From Patescibacteria group bacterium UBA2773 (GTDB taxonomy: Bacteria; Patescibacteriota; Minisyncoccia; Moranbacterales; DUUL01), in assembly GCA_002352465.1 (NCBI GenBank), contig DEIN01000003.1:88933-152932 (forward strand): a DNA stretch of 64,000 nt, in the 5' to 3' direction. Positions 27,136 to 37,800 of the stretch are shown piece after piece (the first letter of the stretch is position 1; the number at the start of each line of letters is the position of its first letter). The translations under genes were made by a program, and so were the position numbers. The notes beneath the pieces are model-generated. The model was not told the DNA's origin. It searched no databases and saw only the letters and a program-made list of their open reading frames with translations.

Positions 27136-27898
27136 TTTTATTTCCTCCTTTAATCAGTTCGCCATAGATTGTTTTCAGAATCCACGAATTGTTTTTAAGA
27201 ATTTCGTATCTAGAAGGAATTCCGTAATCCAAAAAAAATCCAAGCCCATTATTGACTGCACCAACCATTTTTGACAATACCAAAGCTGGCAATATGTCCC
27301 TCTCAAGCGACGAAATACCAGAAGGAAATATTGATAGAACTGACGAGCATTTCAGAAAATAACACCCAGTGCTACTTCCCCGAAAGTGACTACCGCCATC
27401 AATTGGCTCCTTTGTCGCTTCACCTTCGCAAAACTCGGTTACAATTCCATCTTCGACAAAGACCGCTCCTTGGTTAGGAACTTCTTTGTTTAAAGTCAGC
27501 ATAGCCGTCACTGGCATATCCAAAACTTTGTGAATTTCATACAAACGAAAAAAATCCAGGGACACTACAGTGTCGCCATTGCAAAGAAAGACATTTTCAT
27601 TGGAACAATTTTGGCAAGCAAATCTTGTTGCTCCACCTGTTCCAAGTGGACTATCTTCTTTAACAATTTTTACACCTCTGGAGCTCCAAAAATTTGTTGC
27701 AAAAACAGACTCAATCTGATTGCTTAATTTTCCAGTTGAAATGATAATTTCATTTAATCCTAGGCCAATAAACCAACTAACCAAATACTGAAGAAATGGA
27801 TAGTCAGCAAATTGAAGCATCGATTTTGGCGTTCTTAGGCAAACTTCACCCATTCTTGTCGCCAAACCACCAGCAAGAATTACAGCTGTTATTTTCAT
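27122..27898 (-). CDS. Sugar-1-phosphate nucleotidyltransferase (HddC/GMPP-like)
   Basis: VILAGGLATRM...TPKSM, EDSPLGTGGA, CNGDT, FLDYGIP. Confidence 0.9.
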   Translation of the reverse strand: MKITAVILAGGLATRMGEVCLRTPKSMLQFADYPFLQYLVSWFIGLGLNEIIISTGKLSNQIESVFATNFWSSRGVKIVKEDSPLGTGGATRFACQNCSNENVFLCNGDTVVSLDFFRLYEIHKVLDMPVTAMLTLNKEVPNQGAVFVEDGIVTEFCEGEATKEPIDGGSHFRGSSTGCYFLKCSSVLSIFPSGISSLERDILPALVLSKMVGAVNNGLGFFLDYGIPSRYEILKNNSWILKTIYGELIKGGNKNGQD

Positions 27899-28066
27899 TT
27901 TCCCTTCCTCCTTTGTATCTAATTTGGATTATGCAGAAAAATCCTATTTTAAAAAATCTATTAACTTGTCAAAGAACATTAAAGACTACCTCAATTTGAC
28001 ATAGAAGTCAATTAGATGTATTAAATATTTGGATTTTTTCCCTTTTAAGGATTGTGAACAAACTGC

Positions 28067-28531
28067 CTATTTTCTCAAATTATTTCTATCAATTCCCCAT
28101 AGCTTTCTTAAAGCAAAAATGTAAAAGTAGGGATTTTTAGCTCTTTCTCCCATTATTTCATAATAATAACCAACAAAATCTTTAAGCGTTGATACCACAT
28201 TACTGAAAGACTCATCATAGTTGTTCTTTCCATCTGGTCTTCCTCTCTGTAAATTTATCAATTGTCTTCTACTAGTATTCAAAACCAGGGATAATCCTGA
28301 AATGGTTATTGGTCTGCCATTTTCAATATTGCTCTTTAAATAACCTATTCCTCCCTCAGCTAACTCTTTTGGACTATTTTTATAGGGTCTCCCGCCTTTT
28401 TCCGTTATACTGCTTCTTTTATCAAAATCGTCATCTGCTATTTCATTCAATCTGTTTTCTAGAAGCTTTAAATCCTCTGAAAACATTTTCTTATCTTCTT
28501 CGGTTATAGCGGTATTATTAGAATTTTGCAT
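28067..28531 (-). CDS. Terminase small subunit-like DNA-packaging protein
   Basis: GGRPYKNSPKEL...PITISGLSLVLNTSRRQLINL...FSNVV...IFALRK resembles gp3-type TerS. Confidence 0.7.
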   Translation of the reverse strand: MQNSNNTAITEEDKKMFSEDLKLLENRLNEIADDDFDKRSSITEKGGRPYKNSPKELAEGGIGYLKSNIENGRPITISGLSLVLNTSRRQLINLQRGRPDGKNNYDESFSNVVSTLKDFVGYYYEIMGERAKNPYFYIFALRKLWGIDRNNLRK

Positions 28532-28677
28532 TTTACTTTAGCTAGAAGTTATTAGAATTAAAGCTATTATTAAAATATCGCTTAACATCATCACTTGAAT
28601 TAAGAGTAATTCTAACATTCTAAGTTTTTAGTTCTTAAATCGGGTATATAAAAATAACCCTGTCTTTCCCTGAAATA

Positions 28678-28705
28678 GGTTCTAATGTCATCCACTACGC
28701 GGAGC
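28678..28705. other. att-like junction 2 (attP-type half site plus GGAGC core)
   Basis: GGTTCTAA-N15-GGAGC, versus tRNA GGTTCGAA-N10-GGAGC. Confidence 0.75.
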
Positions 28706-28713
28706 CCTAAAGG

Positions 28714-29013
28714 TTAATGTGCTGTTTCAAGTATTGTATTGAAAGGAGAACGCACGTCAAACACTAGCTTTTTGCCAGAGAGACGGCAGTTCTGAAGTAG
28801 TAAATTCAAGAGCTGTCGTTTTTCGTTTGGTTCCGAACGCTCAAAGATTTCTTGCGCTCGATTTGCCAAAGAAAAGACCGTATTTGCAATGATATGATAG
28901 TTTTCATCTGCTTGAGTATATTCTTCCATTTTCTGAGTAATAACATATTGCTCTTCTTTTAGTTCTTTCATCTTTTTGTCATAGATCTCGCTAGTAATCC
29001 GACGGCTTATCAT
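28714..29013 (-). pseudogene. C-terminal remnant of a second large serine recombinase
   Basis: ITSEIYDKKMKELK...AQEIFERSEPNEKRQLLNLLLQN parallels the C-terminus of 7441-9084. Past the TAA the frame continues PLGLRVVDDIRT through the att core. Confidence 0.75.
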
Positions 29014-29028
29014 TAAGTCGTTTTTATT

Positions 29029-29691
29029 ATGAAAAAAAATATAAATTTAAAACTGTTAATTCTTGTAATAATCACCCTATCTTTTTTTATAGTCCTCTAC
29101 TGGTTTATTATAAAACCTTACCAAATCAGAAAAAATTGCGCTTTCATCGAAATAAAATCATATACACAAAAAGAAAAAGAAGAGGCTAAGAAATACCTTA
29201 TTAAAAATTGCCCTATCGTATCTAACAACATTGCTGAAAGAGTTATTTTTAATTATAAGAATGAAATAACTCAAGAATGCAAAGACAAAAAATACATAGT
29301 AATGTATGCTCCGATAGGCGATAAAAATCAAAAAAGACCCGCTAAAGATAACGAATATTTCAAATGTCTCAGAGAAAACGGCTTGGAATATTATCAAGAA
29401 ACTAAAACTGAATTTACACAACCAATAGAAAATACACCTGGGAATAAACCAACCAAAGAATTTAAAAGTATTATTCCGTCTTCTGAAAAAAAGTCAGTGG
29501 AATCCGTGATAAATAATATTAAACAAGATCAAGCACAAAAATGCCAAGAAAATTTGAATAAATACAATATCTGTTTAAGCGAATATAATTCCAAAATGGC
29601 AGAATACAATTCATGCATAAACGGAAATGGCTATACATCATTTTGTTCAAAGCCTTCTAATCTTTGTTTTAAACCATCTTGTGCATATTAA
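29029..29691 (+). CDS. Membrane-anchored Cys-rich exported protein
   Basis: N-terminal TM helix, multiple Cys, 220 aa. Confidence 0.75.
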   Translation: MKKNINLKLLILVIITLSFFIVLYWFIIKPYQIRKNCAFIEIKSYTQKEKEEAKKYLIKNCPIVSNNIAERVIFNYKNEITQECKDKKYIVMYAPIGDKNQKRPAKDNEYFKCLRENGLEYYQETKTEFTQPIENTPGNKPTKEFKSIIPSSEKKSVESVINNIKQDQAQKCQENLNKYNICLSEYNSKMAEYNSCINGNGYTSFCSKPSNLCFKPSCAY

Positions 29692-29693
29692 AT

Positions 29694-29960
29694 ATGAAAA
29701 ATGAACATCTAAAAATAGCTTTGGTTTCTATAGGCTTTGGTACAATAACTTATATGTTTAGAGAGAATTTACGAACCAGTCTTTGGATTAGTTTTTTTGT
29801 TCTTAATCTCTATTATCTACATGGAAATTATCTAAAACAAGATTATGATAATTTAAACGATAAAATATCCTCTGTTTCATGTCTTGCTTGTACAATTATT
29901 TTTTTCTCAACTATTTTCTCGCTCTTGGCATATGAAATAATAAATTCAATAAATAATTAA
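29694..29960 (+). CDS. Small membrane protein
   Basis: Hydrophobic ORF, ATG right after the upstream stop. Confidence 0.55.
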   Translation: MKNEHLKIALVSIGFGTITYMFRENLRTSLWISFFVLNLYYLHGNYLKQDYDNLNDKISSVSCLACTIIFFSTIFSLLAYEIINSINN

Positions 29961-29966
29961 AATGAA

Positions 29967-30155
29967 ATGAAAAAATCAATCAACAATAAGAAACTATTTC
30001 TAACTGGACCGGGACTTTTAATTTTCAGCAGACTTATTTTCTTTGTCTGGGATAGCATGGCAAGCGCTACGATAACAGTTATCCTGGACTTTATCGCCTT
30101 ACCAATTCTAGCAATTAGTTTCTTAAGATATTTAATTGGTATATTTAAAAAATGA
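29967..30155 (+). CDS. Small two-TM membrane protein
   Basis: 62 aa; stop overlaps the next start (ATGA). Confidence 0.55.
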   Translation: MKKSINNKKLFLTGPGLLIFSRLIFFVWDSMASATITVILDFIALPILAISFLRYLIGIFKK

Positions 30156-30643
30156 AAATAAAATTCAAAAAACCAATCGAGATCGATTTTGATGAATCGC
30201 CCTATTTATTTATTGAAGATCCTCAAACAGTGGATTTAATTAAATTAAATTTAAGAAAAAAACTCTCCAAGAAAAAACTGGGGATAGTCGAAGCTACTTA
30301 CAAACTACATACTCCAAAACAACTTATTGAAATGATAGATAGTCTAAAAAAAGAAATGGATTCAAGATACAAAGTCCTAGAAACAAACCAGATCTGGAGA
30401 GATCCTATTTTAAACGCCAAAGCAAAATCTAAAATGCCCTATATATTCCTTTGCATAGAAGATTTAACAGACTTTCTAATCAACAAAGAAATTAGAAAAG
30501 AACTCGAAAACAAATTAATTCAAATTGCTGGACTAGGCCGAGGAGCTAAAATTCACCTAATCTTCTCATGTCTCCCGATGAAAAAACACATCTTCCCAGA
30601 GATTCTTTTTACCAATATTCAATATCCCCTTTCTTCAAACTAA
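30152..30643 (+). CDS. Degenerate FtsK/SpoIIIE ATPase-domain fragment
   Basis: EMDSRY...MPYIFLCIEDLTDF...LIQIAGLGRGAKIHLIFS matches the FtsK Walker B region; no Walker A. Confidence 0.65.
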   Translation: MKIKFKKPIEIDFDESPYLFIEDPQTVDLIKLNLRKKLSKKKLGIVEATYKLHTPKQLIEMIDSLKKEMDSRYKVLETNQIWRDPILNAKAKSKMPYIFLCIEDLTDFLINKEIRKELENKLIQIAGLGRGAKIHLIFSCLPMKKHIFPEILFTNIQYPLSSN

Positions 30644-31537
30644 TTTTAATATTTTTTCCGACTTTTCAATATCTTCATCGGAAAATTTTCCTATCACTGG
30701 CATTAGCTTTTCTTCGATCATTTCACTTATATACATTTCTTCTATGTTTCCATCTTTTTCAATCTCTATTTTTTCTGGTAAATCAATCATTAAAATTGGT
30801 AATTTTTTCAAAAATAAATTCTCATCGCTTTTTATTTGATCTTGAATTTCAAATACAAATAAAAGATAAATAATCTTTTGTTTTATATTTTTCTCATTAT
30901 TGGATTTTTCTTTGAACAAATCCAAATCAACTTCGCTAATAACCTCTAAATCTTTTATGGAGAAATAATTTTCTTCAAACAAATTTTTAAAATCTCCTGA
31001 AATAAAACTTTTATCCCAGTTTTCTTCTATAAAAATCTGTAAAAATTTTGTTAACTCATGTTTTAGTTTTCCATGGATTTTTTTTACAAACTCAATTTCC
31101 TCTTTTATAAAGTATTCAATTTTCTCTTCAGTTTCATAGTAGATTCTTCCGCTTGCATGAGAACAATTATTTCTAACTTGAACATGATTTTTACAAATAG
31201 TTATATCATTTATGTGAAAACGAAGCGATCTAAGCAATTTTTCCAAACTTGTTTTTTCGCTTATTTGAGACAAATCGAATAAACTACTAAACACTTTGTC
31301 TGTTTGATTATTCAGAGATTCGATAATGCTTTGATTTCCTTGTTCCCTTAAAAACCACTTTGTTTTATAAATAAAAATCATATTTAACATGTGAAAAGCC
31401 GTAAAAGCAAATTGATATTTGCCTTTCTCAAAATTCTCTCTATATGCCTCACTCAAGTATTCAACAAATTCATTCGCTTCTAAATCTACAAATCGTATCG
31501 GCAAATAACTTGAGATTGATTCTAAATACTCTTCCAT
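30635..31537 (-). CDS. Hypothetical protein with HEPN-like RxxxxH motif
   Basis: VRNNCSHASG motif in a helical N-terminal half; 12 bp downstream of the RM gene. Confidence 0.65.
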   Translation of the reverse strand: MEEYLESISSYLPIRFVDLEANEFVEYLSEAYRENFEKGKYQFAFTAFHMLNMIFIYKTKWFLREQGNQSIIESLNNQTDKVFSSLFDLSQISEKTSLEKLLRSLRFHINDITICKNHVQVRNNCSHASGRIYYETEEKIEYFIKEEIEFVKKIHGKLKHELTKFLQIFIEENWDKSFISGDFKNLFEENYFSIKDLEVISEVDLDLFKEKSNNEKNIKQKIIYLLFVFEIQDQIKSDENLFLKKLPILMIDLPEKIEIEKDGNIEEMYISEMIEEKLMPVIGKFSDEDIEKSEKILKLV

Positions 31538-31549
31538 GATAACTAAATA

Positions 31550-34435
31550 TTATTTACCCCAAACAGAGTCTAATTTATTCTTAATTTTCCTTTCAAAAAT
31601 TCTTATAATTTTTTTATTCGAGTTAATGAGAGTTTGTTCACTTTGAATTATTTCAGTAAGGTTGTTTTGCACATCTATATCAGGAAGTATTACCTCTAGC
31701 TGTTCAAAACTTTTCTTCGAAATTTCCTTAAAGGTTCCCCCAGAAGCCATGCAATTCATATGACCCACAAGTTTAGTAAGGATAAAAGCTACAAAATTAC
31801 TATTTATATTTTCTTTGTCTTTTATTATTATATTTTTAAAACCTTGATTTGTAGCCAATTGATTCATAACAACGCCAATTCTTCCTATCGTTGCACGAGA
31901 AGACACGACAATTGTTCCTTTTGGTAATAATTTTGCGGAAGATTCATTCAATCCTTTTTTTGTAATCTTTCTTTTACTCGTTGATATCTCTGTCACAAAA
32001 TCAGCACTGGGTAGATCAGCAAGTGTAATCCAATTAATATTTCCGCTCCAATAGTCCTTGTTCCTTGAATCTGGTGTACCACCAGATTGAATCTCAAATC
32101 TTTTTCTATCGCCTAATTTAACTCTTTTCCATTCTTCTTTAATCTCAATATTTGGCTTATAATTTTCAATTACCATTTTTGCTCCGTCTACAACTTTTCG
32201 ATAACCATCCAGTTCTTCTACAATTTGTTTTTGTATTTCTAATGGAGGAATCGGGACTCTTAAATTTGAAATTTCGGATAAATTAAGTGATGGATAATTT
32301 TGATCTACCGTCAAATCTTTTGAATCTACATGACACAAAAGGTAAAACAAAAATCTCGACAAAACCTTGCTTTTATCTACTAGAATAGTTGCCAAATGGC
32401 TTGATACAAACCCATCAACACCCAAAATTGCCCTGTGATTTAAAAAAGTAGAAGCTCCGCTCTTGGGTATTAAAATCGTCCCTCTTGGTATCAATTTTAA
32501 ATTCTTAATACCTTTTTTATTAAGTTTATCTCTTGATTTTAAAAGATTTGTTGTTGTGTGCGATATCGCAACGTCGGAAGTCCTAAAAAATGGATATTCC
32601 CCTTCCTTAAAAAATTTTTGTTCTTGCGGTGCTGAATTTCCCGATCCAATAGTTGCAATGTCTGATATTTTTAAGACTTCCCATTCGACATTTCCATAAT
32701 CAAACATTTTTTTATAACGACTTCCGACAAGCACTAGATCATTTTCCCTTATGTCTTCCATTTTAATCTGAGAAAAACCAACTTTCAAAGCTCCTTTCTC
32801 ATCTTCATTTTTGGGATCTCTGTATTCTAAGAATTGCTGTAAGTCAGTTTTTCCTTCGAGTTTTTTTCTATGACTATCTAGACTATAGCCATCATTTTTT
32901 ACATCGAAATACCAAACTTTTTCTTGTTTTTTCTTTTTCTTTATATTAGTGCAATACAAAATGTTTGTTTTAACTCCTGTGTAAGGAAGAAAAACTCCCT
33001 GAGGAAGAGAGATGACACTTTTCAAAGTGCATCTATCAAGCAAATACTCTCTTGTTTTCTGTAAATCCTTGCGAAACAGAAAGCCTTCTGGCACCACCAA
33101 TGCCATTCTTCCCTTCTCACTTGCTTTATCAATTGCTTTTATACAATGTTGAATACAAACACTATCGCCATTAGTGCTGGGTAAATCATAATAAGCTCCA
33201 TATTCAGTTTTTTGAGAATATGGCATATTAGTAATAACAATATCGTATTTATCATCAACTGGATTTTTTAAACTATTCTGCTGTTGAATTCCGCTATGTC
33301 CATCACCAATCAATATCATATTCATTTTAGTAATTCTTGCAGTTGTAGTAATTTCATTTCCGAAAAGTGTCTTTTCTTTTAATTGATTCCAATTTACCTC
33401 TGTTCTTGCCATGTTATGAGAAATGTGCTTAAAACTTTCAATAAGCGTACCACCTGTACCGCAGAAAGGATCGTAAACTGTTTCTCCAATTTGTGGATTT
33501 AAAAGCTTAACCATTACTTTCACGATATGTCGAGGAGTAAAATACTCACCTAAGTCATTTTTTGTCGCCGTTGATTGCTTTAAAAAATATTCGAAAGAAT
33601 CGCCTTTGATATCGGAGTCAATATTAATAAGATTTAAAGGATCTAATTTGTCAATTATTTTTTTTAAAGTATTGGGACTTTTGATTGTTAGAGGCGTAAA
33701 GATATCTTTATCCTTATAAGATTCTCCAATTTCTGGTAAGACTATTTTATTTATATGCAAAAGCAAATCTTGCCCTGTTTTATTCTTCCAACTGCTCCAT
33801 CTCAGATGCTTATCTAGCATAGTTGTATCACCTTTTTTCTCTTTTAAATCCTCTAACTCTCCAATCAATTTCAAAAACAGAATATTTGAAAATTCTCCAA
33901 ACCTTTCTATCCCCGCCCTAGAACCTTCGTCTCTTAGCAAATCGTTAGAGTCTTCAAATATTTTTATAAGCCTTTTTCTGTCGTAAATAACCTCCTTGGA
34001 AATTGTATCGACTTCATTGTCTTCGAGAAATTTTATCGCTTCCAATTCTCTAAATAGTTCATCCACTTCTTCTCCATTTAAAAACAAAGGCTTGTGCTTT
34101 TTTACATGTAAGGTCTTATAATAAATACCGTCCGTCGCAAACACAATTGGCGCTCCCAAGGCTTCAGCATATTCATCGCCTTGCTTGATTGCTTCATCTA
34201 AGTTTGCGCCTGGTTTTTTAGTTTCTATTATTATAATAGGTTCTTTCCTAGCTGAATTTTTTGCATACAAGACATAATCGGGCCTTTTCCCTTTTAATTT
34301 TTTTCTTTCTTCAACCGTCCTTGGTTGTTCCTGAAAAACATTGCAACCTTTCCCTGCGGTAAGATTCCAATCTAAATTTTTAAGTTGTTCATCTACTAAC
34401 GTCCTGATGCTCTGTTCTGTTTTGAATGTTTTCAT
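31550..34435 (-). CDS. Single-chain restriction-modification enzyme (nuclease + N6-MTase + specificity domains)
   Basis: RPDYVLY...IETKK nuclease; GEYFTPRHIV, DPFCGTGG, NMPY; two TRD-like regions with IPPLEIQKQIV. Confidence 0.9.
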   Translation of the reverse strand: MKTFKTEQSIRTLVDEQLKNLDWNLTAGKGCNVFQEQPRTVEERKKLKGKRPDYVLYAKNSARKEPIIIIETKKPGANLDEAIKQGDEYAEALGAPIVFATDGIYYKTLHVKKHKPLFLNGEEVDELFRELEAIKFLEDNEVDTISKEVIYDRKRLIKIFEDSNDLLRDEGSRAGIERFGEFSNILFLKLIGELEDLKEKKGDTTMLDKHLRWSSWKNKTGQDLLLHINKIVLPEIGESYKDKDIFTPLTIKSPNTLKKIIDKLDPLNLINIDSDIKGDSFEYFLKQSTATKNDLGEYFTPRHIVKVMVKLLNPQIGETVYDPFCGTGGTLIESFKHISHNMARTEVNWNQLKEKTLFGNEITTTARITKMNMILIGDGHSGIQQQNSLKNPVDDKYDIVITNMPYSQKTEYGAYYDLPSTNGDSVCIQHCIKAIDKASEKGRMALVVPEGFLFRKDLQKTREYLLDRCTLKSVISLPQGVFLPYTGVKTNILYCTNIKKKKKQEKVWYFDVKNDGYSLDSHRKKLEGKTDLQQFLEYRDPKNEDEKGALKVGFSQIKMEDIRENDLVLVGSRYKKMFDYGNVEWEVLKISDIATIGSGNSAPQEQKFFKEGEYPFFRTSDVAISHTTTNLLKSRDKLNKKGIKNLKLIPRGTILIPKSGASTFLNHRAILGVDGFVSSHLATILVDKSKVLSRFLFYLLCHVDSKDLTVDQNYPSLNLSEISNLRVPIPPLEIQKQIVEELDGYRKVVDGAKMVIENYKPNIEIKEEWKRVKLGDRKRFEIQSGGTPDSRNKDYWSGNINWITLADLPSADFVTEISTSKRKITKKGLNESSAKLLPKGTIVVSSRATIGRIGVVMNQLATNQGFKNIIIKDKENINSNFVAFILTKLVGHMNCMASGGTFKEISKKSFEQLEVILPDIDVQNNLTEIIQSEQTLINSNKKIIRIFERKIKNKLDSVWGK

Positions 34436-34598
34436 TAAATTTATTTTTATTTTGACCCTAACAACAATAAACTTTTAATCAATAAAAAGCATACTCTATT
34501 TTATAATTTAATTTTATCTCAATTCTTCCAAAAGAACAATGTAAATTAGGTTATATTAAAATTGTTCCAAATTAATTTTCTAAATTTTAAACTAAACA

Positions 34599-34631
34599 GG
34601 TTCTAACACCCTCTACCCAACGGAGCAAACG
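34599..34631. other. att-like junction 3
   Basis: GGTTCTAA-N15-GGAGC-AAACG. Confidence 0.7.
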
Positions 34632-34636
34632 CTTTT

Positions 34637-34673
34637 AAATGCCTTATCCGCCAGCTGGCGAATAAGGCATTTT
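34637..34673 (+). terminator. Terminator-like hairpin after junction 3
   Basis: AAATGCCTTAT-ccgccagctggcga-ATAAGGCATTT. Confidence 0.6.
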
Positions 34674-34819
34674 AGTAGTTTAGGTTAACTTTTTGACTAT
34701 TTAAAAATTTTCATCCAGCTTTTTTCTAATTCACAGTAGTCTCACAGATTGTAATAAATTTTCAATATCTATTCTCTGTCAACAAATATGCTAGAAATCA
34801 AACAAATTTACTTTTTTGT

Positions 34820-37800
34820 TCATTTTTTGTTTCCTATTTTTCCAAACTCCACATAAACTCTTCTCGAAAATCTTTCGACTAAACTATACACAACAGGAAT
34901 CACTATTAGGGTTAATACGGTTGACACCAGCAATCCACCAATCACGGCAATTGCCATCGGACGCATCATTTCTGAACCCTCCTGTTTAGCCAAAGCCATT
35001 GGCAATATCCCTAAAAGAGTGGTAATAGAGGTAATTAAAATTGGTCTTAATCGCGTAGTTCCGCCTTCCACTAAAGCATCAAATTCGCTCATTCCTTTTT
35101 TACGTAATTGATTAACATAATCAACTAAAACAATCGCATTATTTACCACAATGCCGGCTAACATAATTATACCCATAAAAGATGGCAAAGATAATGATTG
35201 CCCTGTTATAAATAATGCCAATCCAACGCCAATAAAAGCCAACGGCAATTCAAACATCACAATGAATGGATGAATTAATGACTCAAATTGAGAAGCCATC
35301 ACCATATAAACCAGCAAAACACCAAGCGCTAAAGCTAGGGCTAAAGTGCCAAAGGTATCTTGCATTTGCTTATACGAACCGCCATATTCAATAAAATATC
35401 CTGATGGCATGTCAAATTTTTCTAGCTTATCCTTGATATCTCCCACCACACTACCAACGTCTCGATCTAATATATTAGAAGTTACTGACGCTACTCTTAA
35501 TTGATTTTCTCGATTAATCTTAATTGGTCCCTGGTCATATGAAATTTTTGCCACCTGCTTTAACAAAATCTGACCACCAAAAGAAGAGTTAATTGTTAAA
35601 TTTTCTATCTTTTCAATACTATCTCTGTCTGCTTTGTTATACCTAACTCTTATATCAGTTTCTTCACCTCCTTGACGAAATTGGGTAGCTATTGATCCTT
35701 GCATTGAACTTTTTACTAAAGACCCGATCTGTCCTACTGTTAATCCCAAATGCGAAGCCCTTTCTCTGTCAATCGCAATTAACAATTCAGGTTTTCCTTG
35801 GCTTAAGGTTGTATTAATATCTCGCACTCCATCGATACCCTTTATTTCATTGGCAATATTATCAGAAACTTTTTGCAAAACTTCTAAATCTTTACCAAAT
35901 ATTTTAATTTCAATTGGAGTACTAGCTCCGCCCATCATAGCACCAGCCATATCCATCGAGTTAAGCTCTAAACCATTTATTGATGGCTTATTTTGTCTAA
36001 TAATTTCAATAATTTGAGCACCGGACATTTTTCTTTCTTTTTTATCTTTAAGTTTAATAAGTATCATTGCTTCGTTTATACCTCCGCCCATCCCCATTGA
36101 AGCACCTTCCGCCATATCATCACTTTGTCCAACAAAACTAGTAGCACTCACAATACTTTCACCTACTTTTTTTGCTATTATCTCCTCTGTTAATCGTGTA
36201 GCATTATCAGTTTGCTTTAAAGATGTGCCTACAGGCATTTCAATTTGTAAAATCATAATGCTTTGATCGCTTTCTGGCATAAATTCTGTACCAATGAAAG
36301 GAACCATCGCAATTGTAATAATTAATAAGCTTATTGTAACTAAAATTGTTTTAAGCCGATTTTTAAGAGACCAAATAAGAATTTTCTTGTAGCTATTTTG
36401 CAATTTAATAAAACGATTCTCCCCTGAAGCTTTTCTATAATCTTTTACTTCTTCTCGTTTTTTAAAAATTTTTGAAGCTATCATCGGAACAAGTGTAAGA
36501 GCTACAAATAATGAAGCCAGCAACGCGAAAATTATTGTTAATGATAACCCACGGGATAATTGTCCTGCAATTCCAGTGCCAAGAGACATTGGTAAAAATA
36601 CCGCAATAGTCGTCAAAGTGGCCGTTGTAATCGCTAATGCAATCTCATTAGAACCAATGATTGCTGCCTTTCGTCTTTTACCAATTTTTTCTAAATGTCT
36701 ATAAATATTTTCAATTACAACAACAGCGTTATCCACTAACATTCCAATTCCCAATGCTAAACCACCTAAAGTCATTAAATTTAAAGTGTACCCAACAACA
36801 TAGAGCGGGATAAAAGTCGCAATCAACGAAAGAGGAATAGCAAAAGCAATCGCTACTGTGGGTCGCCAATTTCTTAAAAATATATATATAATAATAATTG
36901 CTAACAGTCCGCCAATTAAACCACTTTGAGTTACAGATTTTGTGGATGTTTCAATTTGTCTGCTTTGATCCATTACTAAAGAAAATTCAGCGTCTTTAGG
37001 TAAAAATTCTTTTAATTTTGGCAGTTCTTTTTTTATTGACTTCGCAACCTCTGTGGTGTTTGCGCCAGATTGCTTACTAATCATTAGAAGTAAACTATCT
37101 TTTTTGTTTGTGCGACTATGTCCTCTTATCTCTTCGTGTGTATCAATCACATCGGCTACATCATATAAATAAATCGGCGTATCATTTCTAATAATTAATA
37201 CTGTATTTTTTATTTCATCTAAATTTTTAAATTCTCCAACAGTACGAATAGGTAATTCAAGTAATCCCTGCTCAATAAATCCACCAGATAAATTAATATT
37301 TTCTCCGCGTAAAATTTGCACAATCTGAGATTGAGTTAAGTTATATGACTCTAATAATTGCTTGTTTAATTTAATTAAAATTTCACGCTTTTGTCCACCA
37401 CGTATTTCCATTGTAGCGACTCCATCGAGTCTTTCTATCTTGTCTTTAATGTTATCTTCTAAAACTTTTTTTAGCTCTAAGGTATTAAGACTATCGCATG
37501 TAACACCGTAACCAAGAACTGGCATAGCCCCAACATCCATTTTTATAACTAATGGTTTATTGGCGTCTTGTGGTAAATAATCTTCTATTAAACCAATCTT
37601 GTCCCTAACATCTTGAGCGGCAAAATCTATTTTAGTGCCACTATTAAATTCAATCATTACAATTGACGCACTTTCTTGCGAAATAGATTTAATTGTTTTT
37701 GCATCTTTAACTGTGGCAACAGCATCTTCAATCGGCTTAGTAATAATATCTTCAATGTCTTTAGGTGCTACTCCATTATATGAAGTAACAATTGATACCA

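Larger units (their letters stand above)
7476..28705. mobile_element. Integrated element 1 (prophage/satellite-like defence and metabolic island) at tRNA-Asn
   Basis: Integrase next to the tRNA; GGAGC core at 7476-7480 and 28701-28705; all genes co-oriented on the minus strand; TerS, RM and second recombinase as cargo. Confidence 0.8.
28701..34626. mobile_element. Integrated element 2 (degenerate, RM plus HEPN cargo)
   Basis: Begins with a recombinase C-terminal remnant ending at the GGAGC core; ends at the att-like junction 34599-34626. Confidence 0.7.
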
